A DNA stretch of 56,945 bases from Macrostomum lignano (taxonomy: Eukaryota), in assembly GCA_002269645.1 (NCBI GenBank), contig NIVC01003314.1, forward strand, positions 1-56,945. The letters run 5' to 3'. Below the pieces are notes generated by a model that was not told where the DNA came from, made no database searches, and saw only the letters and a list, made by a program, of their open reading frames with translations. Position numbers and translations under genes: made by a program. The number at the start of each line of letters is the position of its first letter. The first letter of the stretch is position 1. This document shows positions 24,684-37,450 of this stretch, one piece after another.

Positions 24684-25217
24684 ATGCCATCCGAAAATGA
24701 ACTTCGCAAGAGATATAGGGATCATCGAAAGGAATTCGAACTCACAAAGCAAAAGATTCGAAGGCTCATGCCATTAACTATATTTGCAGATCTAGATTCT
24801 GAGAGACTAATCAATAAGCTACAAGGTTTAGATACATTCAAGTCCTTTACGGAGGAGGATAAGCTCCTGAAGCTTCTGAAGGAAAATGTGTCAAAAAGAA
24901 AAAGCATGCAAGCTATTGCACTATCCTATCAAAGCCAATCTCAAGCCATGCAAGCGATTGGTGATTTGGATACTGAAGAAGATAGCCTTCCACCACCCTA
25001 TGAGATCGCTGCTGACAACCGAGGCACTGCTGACAACCGAGGCACTGCTGACAACCGAGGCACTGCTGACAACCGTGGCACTGCTGACAACCGAGGCACT
25101 GCTGACAACCGAGGCACTGCTGACAACCGAGGCACTGCTGACAACCGTGGCACTGCTGACAACCGAGGCACTGCTGACATCCGAGGCACTGCTGCTTCAT
25201 CACCTAACCAAAACTAG
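24684..25217 (+). CDS. Mirror copy of the 177-aa ADNRGT-repeat ORF
   Basis: Translation identical to 14034-14567. Confidence 0.45.
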   Translation: MPSENELRKRYRDHRKEFELTKQKIRRLMPLTIFADLDSERLINKLQGLDTFKSFTEEDKLLKLLKENVSKRKSMQAIALSYQSQSQAMQAIGDLDTEEDSLPPPYEIAADNRGTADNRGTADNRGTADNRGTADNRGTADNRGTADNRGTADNRGTADNRGTADIRGTAASSPNQN

Positions 25218-26831
25218 ATGATTGATGACTTGTGGTGACCATGGACTAATTTGTCAATATTAATAAATTGCTCTAATGTTTTAATTTTGTTCTTCATAGG
25301 CGTTTGAGGACTTTTTGTTTCTGTTTTAATAATCACTACTTTAATATTTAAAATACAAAACCATTATTATTATTTGCATAAGTTATGCGAAGTGTAACCT
25401 AAGAACGGATTTTAAGGAGTGAAAAAATAGTATCTCCGCTGTTATCTTTTTTAAATTTTTATAATTAATTTTCATTAAAGCAATTTTGATTTACGTGAAT
25501 TAAATTTAACTTTATGTAATGGAAGCTGTCCTTGACCAATTGTTAGAGTTCCTGCGAGAGCCTATTTGACCATACTATTTGACCACTCAGTGTGGGTTTC
25601 GCACGACGTTAAAGCTGAGTCACAATATAACAATTGCTTTGAGGAGAATTTCTCATACTTTTTGTTCCATTTTTAAGATACATAATTTAGAAAAGGGTTA
25701 GTGAAATCGTCCGTAGGTAGGGTTGCGAGCATTGTTCGTTTGTAACTTGCGTGGCCCACTTCATGTCTTTTTTACAGCTAGATAGAGGGTGAACACAAAA
25801 GATTTGCACGAGCCACTCCTATTGGATGCCAAAACCAAACACTTTTTGGCAGAAATTTTGGCAAACATTTTGGTTTTGGCAGAAATTTAGGCAGCCAATA
25901 GAAATGTTGAGTGCTGCGGTTAGTGCTCTAGTAGTCGAGTATGCATGCCACGAAAAATTTAAATAAGCACTCCATGTTCTTGAATGTCTTCTATTATCTT
26001 TAAGTAAAAATCTAAAACAGCATTAAAGCCATTTTAAAGTCTCGGGACAAAGCGAATGTGGAGCAAATTATTGACTTTTGTAGAAGCATTGTATTGCCTC
26101 GAGTGGACAATTTTTATGCATAGATGGTAGCTGACTGATCGTTAAAAGCAAAGCTAGTAAGATTGGCTTATTGAAGGGCGTTATGCAATGGGAGAAATGA
26201 CTATTATTAAATTTGATGCTAGTTTTGAAATGATTAAACCTGAAAATAGGTTATTTTAACCCACGAATCACAACTTTCTTGTGGTTTTAGTCACGAAATC
26301 GCGCAAAAAGCAATTTTTCAAAAGTTTTGAAATCACTAAAATCACTGTTTTCAGACAATTTTCACCTGTTTTTAGTCGATTTTTATCTGTTTTTTTGTGA
26401 TTTTTCAAATTGGGTTGCGCTCAAACCTACTTTTCCTATACTACTGAGAGCGATTAATCAAAATAACGAAGACTTGAACAACACTTCACAATTGATACGC
26501 TTCTCTCCCAGAGATATAGCCTCGATTTGTTGCTCTAACTAACCACAAGATCTTTTGAGGCTGCTCCGAGTCTGAGGTTTCAGCTCGGATTTTACGCTTG
26601 TGTTTATAGTCGAATTTTTGGTAAATACTCGTACTTAGTAGCGCGACTCATATTTCATCATATTTCATCAGATTTCATCTTATTTCATCATATTTCACCA
26701 TAGTTGCAACATATTTCACCATAGTTGCAGCTTGTCTCATGCTTCGTCGTACGTTGTATTCACGGTCTTAAAATAGAGTATGACAATTTTGCAATTTTTA
26801 TAACATTTAAGTTTTTCGCTTTTTTATGTTA

Positions 26832-28092
26832 CTACTTAGAGTAGTTTACTTTGTATCGTATTTGGAGATCTCTACATGATGACGTGCGATTCCCGCGCAG
26901 AAACTGGTCGATCAGTTCTTGCTCTAGATGGTGAGGCTCGAGCCAAGGGAAGGCTTGTTTTCCTAGCTCCTGCAGAGCATCTGTGTAATCTTCAGTTGAC
27001 TCGTTCTTGCGCTGGCTGCGGCCTCTGAATTCTTCTCGATACTCGTCAGGTCCTGAGAGTCGTGCAAATCTCTCTATTAGTCGTTGCTGAAGCTGTCGAT
27101 AGGTGATGCAGTTGGGCAGCTTCATGCGAAGTACCGCGGCGTAGGCCGAATTTAAGTCTAAATTTATTGAGGGAAGGTGACTCATTTGCGTTTTGAAATT
27201 TTGACCTCTCGAAAATTGAATAGAATACAATAGGTTTTGCGCATCAATACCATATTTAGAACTCATCAGTCCATAATTTTGACAGGCTAGTGATAGTTTT
27301 GCACGTTAAAGCGTGCAATGGCAATGCTATGCTAGAATAGTTTTTAATGTACTTTTTATAGTATTGGGCCAGGCCTAGAAAACTGCGCAACTGAGATGAT
27401 GTGCGACGCACTGGCCAATCGCGGATAGCGGCGAGCTTCGCCTCATCCGTCTTGACACCTTCGGGAGTTAGCTTATGTCCTAAGTAAGCCAACTCAGCTG
27501 AGAATAGCGCAAATTTCTTCGCTTTCAGCTTCAATTTCGCGTCAATTACGCGTTGCAGCACTATTTCTAAGTGGGCAAGATGCTGCTCAAAGGTCACTGA
27601 ATGAACTAGGATGTCATTCATATACCCGAGCGCTATATGGGGCTTTAATCCTTCTAGGAGCAAATTAATGGTCCTTTGGAATGAGCCGGGCGAATCAGTC
27701 AAGCCCATTGGTAACACATTAAAGCAAAATTGGCCACGATTAATCATTGAGAAGGCTGTTCTATGCTAATCTTCCTGTCTAAGCGGTATTTGAAAGAAAC
27801 ATTGCGCTAAGTCTAGGCAAGAATAGAAATTCGAGCCCTTTAAGCAAGCAAAGGTATCTTGAATCTTAGGCAGAGGATAGACGTGCCTTAAACATTTCTT
27901 ATTCAACTCGCGATAATCTAACACTAATCTAACTGTTCCATTCTTTTTAGGTACTAACAGCACTGGCGAGTTGTAACTGGAGTATGCTGGCCTAATGATG
28001 TTCTTTGCCAACATCTCGTCTATTACGCCATCGAGCTTTTCCTGCAAATGCGGCGGCACGCTGCGCGGCGCAAGGGTCCAGTGAGCGCACAA
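26832..28092 (-). pseudogene. Mirror copy of gypsy RT + gag remnants
   Basis: Translations identical to those of 11160-12420. Confidence 0.88.
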
Positions 28093-28597
28093 GGGGAGGA
28101 GTGCGTTTAACTAGACTAGCGTACAATGAGCGATTGTACGCGGCAGGCCAGGCAACAACAGTACAGGCAAGCGCCAAATATGGCGGCTTCCACTAACTAA
28201 CCTTTAGCTAGAAAACTTCCTAATTTCCTATGTTAATGAGCCTCATTATGACGACTCGATTGCGCCATCTTGTGCAACTGACTAGCGCCAATTAAGGCTG
28301 CCAATAGCACAAAGAGGCTGCAGAACAGTTTCTGTTCCAGATGCTAGCAGCGGACAGCAATGCCTAAGATGTGACTGCCCTATGCTTGCAGCAGAAGGCT
28401 GCGACCACATCAGAAGTTACGTATGCCTCTGCATTTTAATCAATCTTTGGATGGAATTCATGCCTAGTAAACATTTTCCACTAATGTATTGATCTAGATC
28501 ATAAAAAATAAATTTCCGAAATTTCAATTACCCGCTTTCCCATCGCAACGCGATATCAAATTATGGCCAAAACGTTTTTGTTGAGTTTAAAAAACTA

Positions 28598-29569
28598 CTT
28601 CGGGTGTGTCATAAGTAATTTCACTGCAGGCTTCTGTCTAAAATATGTAGGCACATGGACTTGTGGGTAGTTTAGCTGCAAAGTATACTTAGTGAAGCAA
28701 TAGCAGTGCATTTGAGACGTGCATAGGTTGTTTATGGCCCAAGCTATCGCAAGAATACGCCAAGCAGATTTAGCAAGTGCAACGCGATGAAAAATCGTCT
28801 ATGCAGCGAACAAAAATCACCATGAATCTTGACATGACGCCTGCACCAAGTAGATCCGCAAGGTAATCAGCAGGCGGAGCTTGAATGACGTCCTAAACTG
28901 CCTGGTTGCTGAGGATGAAAGCTGGCTCCACCTGGATTGCAAGGGCAGCAAGGCAGACAATCGCTGCTGGCTGGGAGCTGGGGACTCCAGGGCGACTGTG
29001 ACCAGGAAGTCCATCTTGGACAAGAAGACCATGCTGCTGGTAGCCTTCACGCCAAACGAACGAGTCTCTATCTGCACAACTCCACCGAACACCAAGGTCG
29101 ATGGCCAGTATTTTATCGACTTTGTCCGGCACACTGGAGACCTCTGGCGCACTCTCCGGTCAAATCCATGTCACCTGGACGAGGTTCTGCGGCAGATGGA
29201 CACCGCACGGCCGCACACCTGTAAGGCTTTTTCGAATTTTCTGCTTGCACGGCGAATGAATCTGCTCTGACAGAGTCTATACAGCCCGGACTTCAACTTG
29301 TGCAAGAGACTTCTGTTCAAATGGCTGAAGGCTGACTTTTCCAAGAAGAGTTTCGCAAACCATGAAGAGGTCAAACAGGCTGCGTTGCACTGGCTATGGC
29401 ACTTGGAGGAAAAACACCTGTAGGCTGAGGTGGACAAGCTGTATGAGCACTGCCAGATGGTGATTGATATTGGGGGACTCTATGTTGTTGAGTGGTACAG
29501 TTTTGTTCATCTGCGATTGCAAGTTCGTCTGTTTTCACATCAGTGACATTACTTATGACACACCCGAAG
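28598..29569 (+). mobile_element. Mirror copy of the deleted mariner
   Basis: Same 22-bp TIRs and TA TSD. Confidence 0.9.
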
Positions 29570-29602
29570 TATGACTGTTAGAGCCATAGAAAGGCTCTAA
29601 CT

Positions 29603-30564
29603 GCGCCGTCCAGCCGCAGGCGACCCTCCCGACATGTATGCCGCAGGCGCCCATGCCGCAGGGGTACCCTCCCGATATGTATGCGCACTCTCCCGATATG
29701 TACCCCGATATGTATGCCGCAGGCGCCCATGCCGCAGGCGACCCTCCCGATATGTACCCCGATATGTATGCCGCAGGCACCCCGAGTGTACACTCTCCCC
29801 AGTACACTCTACCCAGTACACTCTCCCCAGTACACTCTCCCGATATGTATGTGTACACCGATATGTAGTCAATGATATTAGGCTAGTGAAAACTACTTAT
29901 AGTAGGCGAAATTGAGTATATTTACATAAAAAAGTAGATAAAACATATTGGTAGGTGTGAATAATGGTGCAAAATAGGTATATGAGCAGCAAAAAAACAC
30001 ACAATGTAGGTGCATATTATCGATATATTGACAGACGGTAAAGCAGACAAAATACAAAGCGGGTACGTATTGGTTTTGTCAGCCTAACTGAGAATAAAGC
30101 CATCCAAAGTGAGAATCCTGTCTACGCTGACTGCGAAGGGCCTGGCTGCGTGCAGCCTTAGTCTATGGGCCATAGACAATAAAGGACAAGCAAAGTGATA
30201 AAAAGCCATCCAATGTGAGAATCCATTGGTCTTTTAAAACTTTGCTTGTCCTTTATAGTCTATGGCTCATAGACTAGGCTGAACGCAGCTAGGCCCTTCG
30301 TATTCAGCGTAGGCAGGATTCTCACTTTGGATGGCTTTATTCTCAGTTAGGCTGACAAAACCAATATTAGTGTAGTAGGCGCTAATAAAACACAGGTAGA
30401 TACAAGTATAATGCAGACTTACTTTCAATACATGTGTGTATAAAGCGTAAAGAACATATCAGATTAATGTATAAAGCAGGTTTAAAAAGTCTACTTTCGA
30501 TACATAGCAGTTTAATGTATAAAGCAGGTTTACAAAGTGTACTTTCTATACAAATCAGATTAAT
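29603..30564. repeat. Left inverted subterminal repeat of the Polinton-like element
   Basis: Reverse complement of 48112-48668, plus a MITE and extra tandem units. Confidence 0.88.
30070..30364. mobile_element. Mirror copy of the 295-bp MITE
   Basis: Reverse complement of 8888-9182. Confidence 0.85.
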
Positions 30565-31630
30565 GTATAAAGCAGGCAAACACACAGGTGCAATTTCAAC
30601 AGACGCATAATTAATGTCTCACCAACTAAAGAGTAAATATTGGTGCGATTGTGTAACCAGCAGGCGCACAGCGGTTTAGGGAAACCCCAAAAGGGAGGTT
30701 CACGGCCTAATGACCCGATATACTTTCAACACGATTAAATTGAATGGCGACGCGGGGGGCGGAAAAGTCTATAGCCCGCAGGAATCGATCCTGGGTCACC
30801 CTGTTTTAAATCACCAGGGTTACACCTTATTATTGTCAAAAATAGATGGGCAAAAGGGAGGTTTTTACCGCCCGAGCCCTCTCACATGTTCAATCGGGTT
30901 GAAAGTATTTCAAGTCATTAGGTTGTAAGGTCCATTTGTTTAGGACCGGCCCACCTATATTTCGGGTGGGCAGACTCGAGCCCGGGGCCAGCCCATTACA
31001 GTTTTCGGACCGGCCCCCTCTGGCAATTTCCTCCCTAGGGGCGAGCTATCAGAATTGGTGTTTTAACCCTGTGCATGCGCACATAGAGAACCCAGTTAGC
31101 GCCCATTCTAACCTACCCAGTGTACAGTGTCAGGTTCCCCAAACCGCGTACAAAGAGAAATAGCTTATCAGTCAATCTCCATACGCTCCCTCAGGGCTAT
31201 CTCGTACGCGGCCTCTTCCTCCACGCTCTCGAAGCAGTAGTCGGATGACTGCCAATGTGAAAATTATAACATTCTATATAGAAAAATATATGAAGTACAG
31301 ATTATACGAAATGTATATATACTGTAATATCTTACCAAATCTAAATCGTCCTCCAGCCGCCACAGACGTAGAGACGCTGTATAGCGCACCAGCGAAAGGT
31401 GCTCCTCCCAGTTAAAGGGCCAGATAGCTGCAGCAGGCTCATCCCAAGCAGTCGGGCGCGCTCCCGGGCCAGCCAGGTACGCCTCCGAGTCGGGGGCATG
31501 CGAATTGCGCCCCATTAGCCAATCCTGGTGTACTTGACTTACTTGACTTAGCTGCAGGGGGCTCCGTGCGTCCGGAAACAGCGAGGAGGCGTTGCCGCCC
31601 ATTTCGCTAACCCCTGGCGACCACGGGCAG

Positions 31631-34600
31631 CTAGTGCTGCGGTGTCGCGCAGGGAGTTCCGGTGGCGCCGGCGTCCGCAGCGCGGTCCCCCTCCGGAGAG
31701 TCCAGGAGGTGGATTGTCGCTCGCCCGGTACCCCTAGGTAGCGGACGAGCTGGCAGAGATTCTCGGGCCTGAAAACGTCGGAGAGGTCCGGGTTTGGGCC
31801 GAGGTAGGTGAGCCTGTCCTGAGTAAAGGCGGGGCATTCACAGATGAAGTGCTCCGCATTCTCGACACCGGAGAGGCAAAAAGGGCATTCCTCACTGCGG
31901 ATTTTCTCCTGGAGGTAACGATGCCTGGCAAAGCAGCCATGACCCGAGAGGGCCATGGTAACCGCCCTGATGTCCCTGCGGTTGAGTCCAAGCAGGGCCC
32001 TGCGTAGGGCGGAGGAGGGACAGGGGACAGCCGCGCGGGATTTCCGGCAGTCGGGGGCGTTAGCCCACCTCTCCCTGTGCTTAGAAGCCACCCACTGGTT
32101 GATCCGAGTGGTGACAACGGCGATGGGGGTGGGGGCCACGGGCAGGGGACCAGTAAAAGAACCGGTCGAGCCAGCCTTGGCCAGGCGATCGGCCAGCTCG
32201 TTGCCGGGGTGGCCCGAATGCCCGGGGATCCACCTTAGGGACACCTTGTTGGAGGCGCCTAAGCGGTTGAGCTGCCCGATGCAGTCGAGGACTGTACGCG
32301 AGCAGGTGGTGGTGCGCTCAAGGGCGTGAATCGCCGCTTGACTGTCCGAGTGGAGGGTAATTTCCTTCCCCCAGACGTGCTGATTGTACAGCTCCATGGC
32401 GCAGGAGCTGATGGCGAGAACTTCGTTCTGGAAGACGGTGGAGCAGGTGCCGGTGTGTTGGGAGAAGGTCGCCACAGTTCTCCCTCCAGACACGATGCAG
32501 TAGCCGTATCCAGAGGCGGAGTTGATTTGGGACCCGTCAGTAAAGCAGTGGATTTCATGGGGTTTCCAGTTGTCTCTCGCTTCATGACGTGGTGGAATGC
32601 TGGTTTTGAATTTGAGCGGAGGGCAGAGCGTGGACGGGATTCCGTCCGAGAGGGTCAGCAGGCCTCTCGCTGCTTCCAGGTCTCGCAGGCTGAGGTCGCC
32701 ATGCGGCCGGAGGTTCCGCTTTCTGAAGGCAAACTGCTTCTGGATTTGGACACCCGCGTCAAGCAGACGACGGGTGGTTTTCATAGCCTCCCCTCTAACA
32801 AAGAGGTCGAGGGGGGAATGTCCAAGAAGGAGTTCATGCCAGCGAAGGGCGTTGAGGGAGCCGCGCTCATGATAGCTCGACAAGCGCGGCCTTGCACCCT
32901 ATTTAAAACCTCAAGAACCCCTTTCACCTCTAGGGCACTGTTCCAAATGAGACCGGCAAAGGAGATGGTCGGTCTAACAATGGCAGTGTAAATCCACCAG
33001 AGGCGGCGGGGGGTGAGGCCCCAGGTAGCACCGAAAGCTCTGCGGATCTGCGCGAGAGTCGCGAGAGCTTTGCGGGCTTTAGTTTGGACGTGCGGGGTCC
33101 AGCTCAACCTGTGGTCGAGGGTGACGCCCAGACATCTAGTTTGTTTCTCCATGGCAACAGGTTTGCCATAGAGGGAGAGCGGTTCGATCCTCCAGTTTCG
33201 GCGGCTGGTGAACATGATAGCCACGGTTTTAGACTCAGAGAACCTGAGACCGCAGCTATGTGCCCAGCGCTCGGCACGGTGGATGAAGGCTTGAAGGAGG
33301 TCCCTGAGGACCGCGGGCGATGGTCCAGCCACAGTGGCGGTAACATCGTCCGCATAGCCGACCTTCTGAACAGGGTCCGGATGCGGGCTGCAAAGTAGCT
33401 CGTCCATGACTAAATTCCAGAGTATCGGGCTGAGGACTCCACCTTGCGGTCCGCCTTTCTGGACTTCCACGGAGCGTGAGTGTCCCAGGAGGTGCGAGGT
33501 GGCAGTACGATGGGAGACCATGTACATGATCGAGCGGGTGAGGTGCTCGTGCGTGCCCCGGGATTCCAGGGCTCGCTTAAAGGCTTCAAAGAGCACATTG
33601 TTAAAAGCACCATCAATGTCGAGAAAAAGCGACAGCGCGTATCCACTGCCAAGCACGGCGCGCTCCAGCTTGTCGACAATGGCGTGCAACGCACTTTCGA
33701 TGGAACGTCCAGGACGAAAGGCGTGCTGATTAGGGGAGAGCGGGGAGTTCCTCAGCTCAACAAGGAGAAGGCGCCAGAGCACCAGCCGTTCCATCAGTTT
33801 GAGGAAGAAGGACGTCAGACTGATAGGGCGGTAAGCTTTGGCGGAGTGATAGTCTCCCTTTCCTGGCTTGGGTATGAAGACTACCGTAGCCTCTTGCCAG
33901 GCTTTTGGCACATACCCGAGGGTAATGCTGGCCTTGAAGAGGTTGCAGAGGAGGCCGAGAAACCTGTCATTTTTAACTGCCTCATGAAGGAAGGCAGGAT
34001 AAATGTTGTCAGGACCCGGAGACTTGAAAGGAGAGAAGGATTTTGCGGCGCGAGCCGTCCTCTCTCTAGTAATGATGGTCGAAGCCAGGATCTGTCCGCC
34101 TGGAGAGTGGTCCGGTGGGCCTAGCTGCGGTGCGGCACGTGGGAAAGAGCTGGTGAGCATAATGTCCAGCGATTCCCCAGGGTTCTCAGCGAGCCGGCCG
34201 TCCGGTCTTTTAATGACTGAGAGCTTTGACATTTTGTCGAGGGTGAGAGCCTTAACTACGCGCGAAGTAGGACGGGTGCCTTCTAACTCCGCGCAGTATT
34301 GGCGCCATTTGTCGGACTTGGCTTTCCTGGTTTCACGCTTAAAGTCACGGATCGCTTCTTGATAGGCGGCCAGGTCAGCTGGGTCCTTGCTCTTGCGAGC
34401 TTTCCGTTGGAGGCACTTTGCCTTGCGCCGGAGGGATCCGAGCGCCGGGTGCCACCAGGGGGCGGATTTCTTGCCTTTGTAGGCTTTGAGAGGACAGGAA
34501 GCCTCATGGGCTGTCAGGACGGTCTTGCTGAGCAGGTCTGCAAGGTCATCCACTTCCTGACAGGTGGTTGGAGCGACGGTGGCCAGCTGATCTGTCTGGC

Positions 34601-35378
34601 ATTTCAGGGTTTCCGTGAAAGCCGTCCAATCAGTGTTCCGGACGTTCCTTTTCCACAGAATTTGAGGCTTGGGGCAAGAGGATTGCAAACGAAAACGAAC
34701 GAAGCGATGGTCAGACAGAGACTCCTCTTCGTCCCACACCTCCCAGTCCTTGACTAAAGGAGCCAAGCCATGGGAGACGAGGGTAACGTCGAGGGCCTCC
34801 GTCCATCGCCCGTTGTCAAAGGTGGGGGTTCCACCAATGTTGCAAAACTCAGTGTTGGTGGAGCAGATGTAAGCAAGGAGTTCCTCGCCTCTGCTATTGG
34901 AAGTATTACTGCCCCAGTGGGTGTGGTGAGCGTTGATGTCGCCCGCCACCAGCAGCTCGAACCTACGGTTAGAGCAGTAGTCCACGAGGGAGGTGAGGTT
35001 AGGTGGAACCGCGGGGCCATCGCCAGGGATATAGATCGAGGCGATGATAACCGTGCGGTTGGTGATAATGTGGTTGGACTGAATGACACAGAGGTCTCTG
35101 TCAGAGAGGTCCGGTCTGTGCCAAGCTTTGAGGTGGGTAGATACGAAAATGGCTGCTCTGGGGTTTTGGGGGTCTTGAAAACAGTCAAAACCAGCAGGAA
35201 TATTCGGAATCTTACCTTTCTTTGTCCAGGGCTCCTGGAGTAGGATGATGCCCGGTTTCGCAAAGTTTGCCACCCGCATCAGGTTGGTCGAGGCCGCGAT
35301 GCAGTGGTGCAGGTTTAGCTGCAGGATGTCCACTCCGGGAATTCCACGAGTGGTCCGCGCAGCTTCCTGCCGGCTCAA
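31631..35378 (-). CDS. LINE ORF2 polyprotein (APE-RT-RNase H-CCHC) with two -1 homopolymer frameshifts
   Basis: 865-aa frame 32781-35378 shifts at a C6 run (about 32811-32816) into the RNase H frame, then at a G4 run (about 31731-31734) into the frame ending at the stop 31631-31633. The [18 protein letters not shown] motif plus RNase H point to the LOA clade. Confidence 0.88.
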
Positions 35379-36847
35379 GGCGAGTTGTGCAGGAGAGCTG
35401 CCTCTTCTGCCTCGCCGATAGCTCCAGGCTCCAGCTCCATGGGCTCCTCCCGGATGGATTCCATGGTCGAGGGCGGGGTCGCTACCTGGGCGGCATTCTC
35501 GCTCTCGGCCCGGTTTTCCGGGGGGGGGGCCGCAGTGGTGACACTGGGCTGGGGGTGGCTGCGGTTGGGGGCCTTGGCGGTGTCCAGCAGCTGTTTCGCG
35601 CGCTGAGTCAGACCAGAGCGGATAGTGTTCCGGGCGGGTTTCCGGCCCTTCCCACGTCCGCCTGTTGCTGCAGCTTTCGCGGCTTTCCCTCTGACAGGGT
35701 CCACGTCCTCGGAGGGGTCGTGACGGCCGGGAGCTTCTTTTCCTGGGCGTTTCCGCCCGGCAGAGCCCCCGACTGTCCGCTTACGCTTCTCCGGGGGCGG
35801 TGGGCGGGTGGCGTCAGACTCAAAGCTAAAGAGCTGAATCTGCAACAGCCCGACAGAGATGATGGACATGTCCGGGTAGCGGAGCATCCAGCTATCCGAC
35901 AGTCCAAGAATAGCCGTGAAACCGTCTCCGCCTGGCTTGGAGATGGTCTCGTGAACTACGACACCGTTGGCCGGTAGCTCCGGGTTGGAAGCCACTAGCA
36001 GGTGACGCAGCTCGTCGGCCTTGGTGATGCAGCTGCGAGCCGGGATCCAGGCACGGTGCCGGTGTGTCCGGGGTCGCTCGTCCTCCCTGTAGATGAACAG
36101 GTTCTCCAGCTCCGTACCCCAGTCGAAGGTTTTCAGCAGCTCGAGGAGCTGCTGTCCTGACTGGCTGTCGGTGGGCTGGATATAGAGGGCTTGGTCCTCG
36201 ACTTTCGTATTTTGGACTCGAATGGTAGTGCCGCTCAAGGCCATCTTGACCAGGTGGGAGTCCAACCTGCGCCAGATAAGATCGAGCTGTTCGGCCGTAA
36301 GAGGCGTCTCCTGGCCTTGGATAACCAGGGCCGGCTGCCTTTTGGCCATAGCCGCGTAGGTTCGCTTCGGCTTTGTGGTTTGGCCAGCGCCCCCCGCTTT
36401 GGATCCCTCCACGGCAGTGGAAGCTTCCACACGGGCAGAGGTCCGGTCACGGGAGGGGCCAGCCGCACCAGGAGCTTCGGCGGCACCTGACGCATCAGAC
36501 CGGCGCGCGGGGTCCACCCCCTTGTCGGATGTCGGCTCCTCCGCGGGGTTCGCAGAGTTACCGGCACCCTCCTCAGAGGTGGCCGGAGGGGCGGCTTTCG
36601 CATTCCTCCGTTCCTCCGCTTTGCGCTGGAGAAAGGCTTTGTAGCGAGCAATGCTACGGGCCTTCTTTTTTGAAATCTGAGGTCCGCTGTCTTGTCCAGC
36701 CACTCCGGTATTATCCTGAGCGGCGGCAGCGGCAGATTGAGAGGCACCGGGGGTTCCGGTGTTGCGAATGTCCGGCTGGGCCGCGGTGCCAACCTCGGTA
36801 GGTGCTCCAGCAGCCTCGGACGTGTCGGAGGTAAGTGAATACTCCAT
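35375..36847 (-). CDS. LINE ORF1 (490 aa; central DUF4780-like domain, no CCHC knuckle seen)
   Basis: ATG-initiated and intact. RAWIP...LRHLLVASNPEL...TAILGL...ISVGL resembles the ORF1 domain of LOA-clade elements (judged by eye). Confidence 0.8.
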   Translation of the reverse strand: MEYSLTSDTSEAAGAPTEVGTAAQPDIRNTGTPGASQSAAAAAQDNTGVAGQDSGPQISKKKARSIARYKAFLQRKAEERRNAKAAPPATSEEGAGNSANPAEEPTSDKGVDPARRSDASGAAEAPGAAGPSRDRTSARVEASTAVEGSKAGGAGQTTKPKRTYAAMAKRQPALVIQGQETPLTAEQLDLIWRRLDSHLVKMALSGTTIRVQNTKVEDQALYIQPTDSQSGQQLLELLKTFDWGTELENLFIYREDERPRTHRHRAWIPARSCITKADELRHLLVASNPELPANGVVVHETISKPGGDGFTAILGLSDSWMLRYPDMSIISVGLLQIQLFSFESDATRPPPPEKRKRTVGGSAGRKRPGKEAPGRHDPSEDVDPVRGKAAKAAATGGRGKGRKPARNTIRSGLTQRAKQLLDTAKAPNRSHPQPSVTTAAPPPENRAESENAAQVATPPSTMESIREEPMELEPGAIGEAEEAALLHNSP

Positions 36848-37237
36848 GAGTCGCTGAAAGGCGAGTGGGGACTAAAGGTGAGAAGCCGCTGGGCCGTAAC
36901 CCCAAACCCAACAACCAGGCCAAGAGGTAGCGACCGGGGGGTGGCTTAAGCCCGTACCGGCCCGACCGCTAGCAACCGAGAAACTCCCCGGCTAAGAGCC
37001 CGGCTTGGAAAAACCAGAGGCCGAACCAAAGGACCAACAGCACGGTACTACACTGGGCCCTTGAGGGAAGCAGGAGGACTGCCTCCGGAGCCTGCGGGCT
37101 GGCCGCATACCCTGTTAAGGTCAGAGGGTGGTACCTGTTCCTCAGAGCCGTGGCCAGAGGTACCTGATACGCACAGGTGCACTTCCGGGCGGAGCCCGTA
37201 CCCAACTTGGCCAAAAGGCCACGGATGGGTTGCCGCC

Positions 37238-37450
37238 GCCGGAGCCCAGTCAGTCCAGCAGCCCTAGAGCTGCCTTGAACACATGCGGGGCGTGAACCCC
37301 TGGGTCGGCTTGCGAGTCAGCTTGGAGAGAGTTCTCCTGCCATTCCTGCACCAGAATAGAGGGGGTGCAGGTGTGTAGGATCGCAGACCTTAGCCCGTAG
37401 GCCTAATCTGTCTCATGCTACACAGGCGTGCTGTACCCGCCATTGCATGC
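37238..37450 (-). ncRNA. HDV-like ribozyme, mirror copy
   Basis: Same sequence as 1809-2021; G1 = 37450. Confidence 0.75.

Larger units (their letters stand above)
31533..37450 (-). mobile_element. Full-length LOA/R1-group LINE, right-arm (better preserved) copy
   Basis: TSD AATCCTGGTGTA at 31521-31532 and 37451-37462; intact ORF1; ORF2 broken only at two homopolymers. Confidence 0.93.

Noticed and set aside
31264-32883. 539-aa ORF suggesting LINE ORF2 fused to the interrupted gene
   Set aside because: Read-through depends on a G4 homopolymer shift; alignment with the second LINE places the natural stop at 31631-31633.
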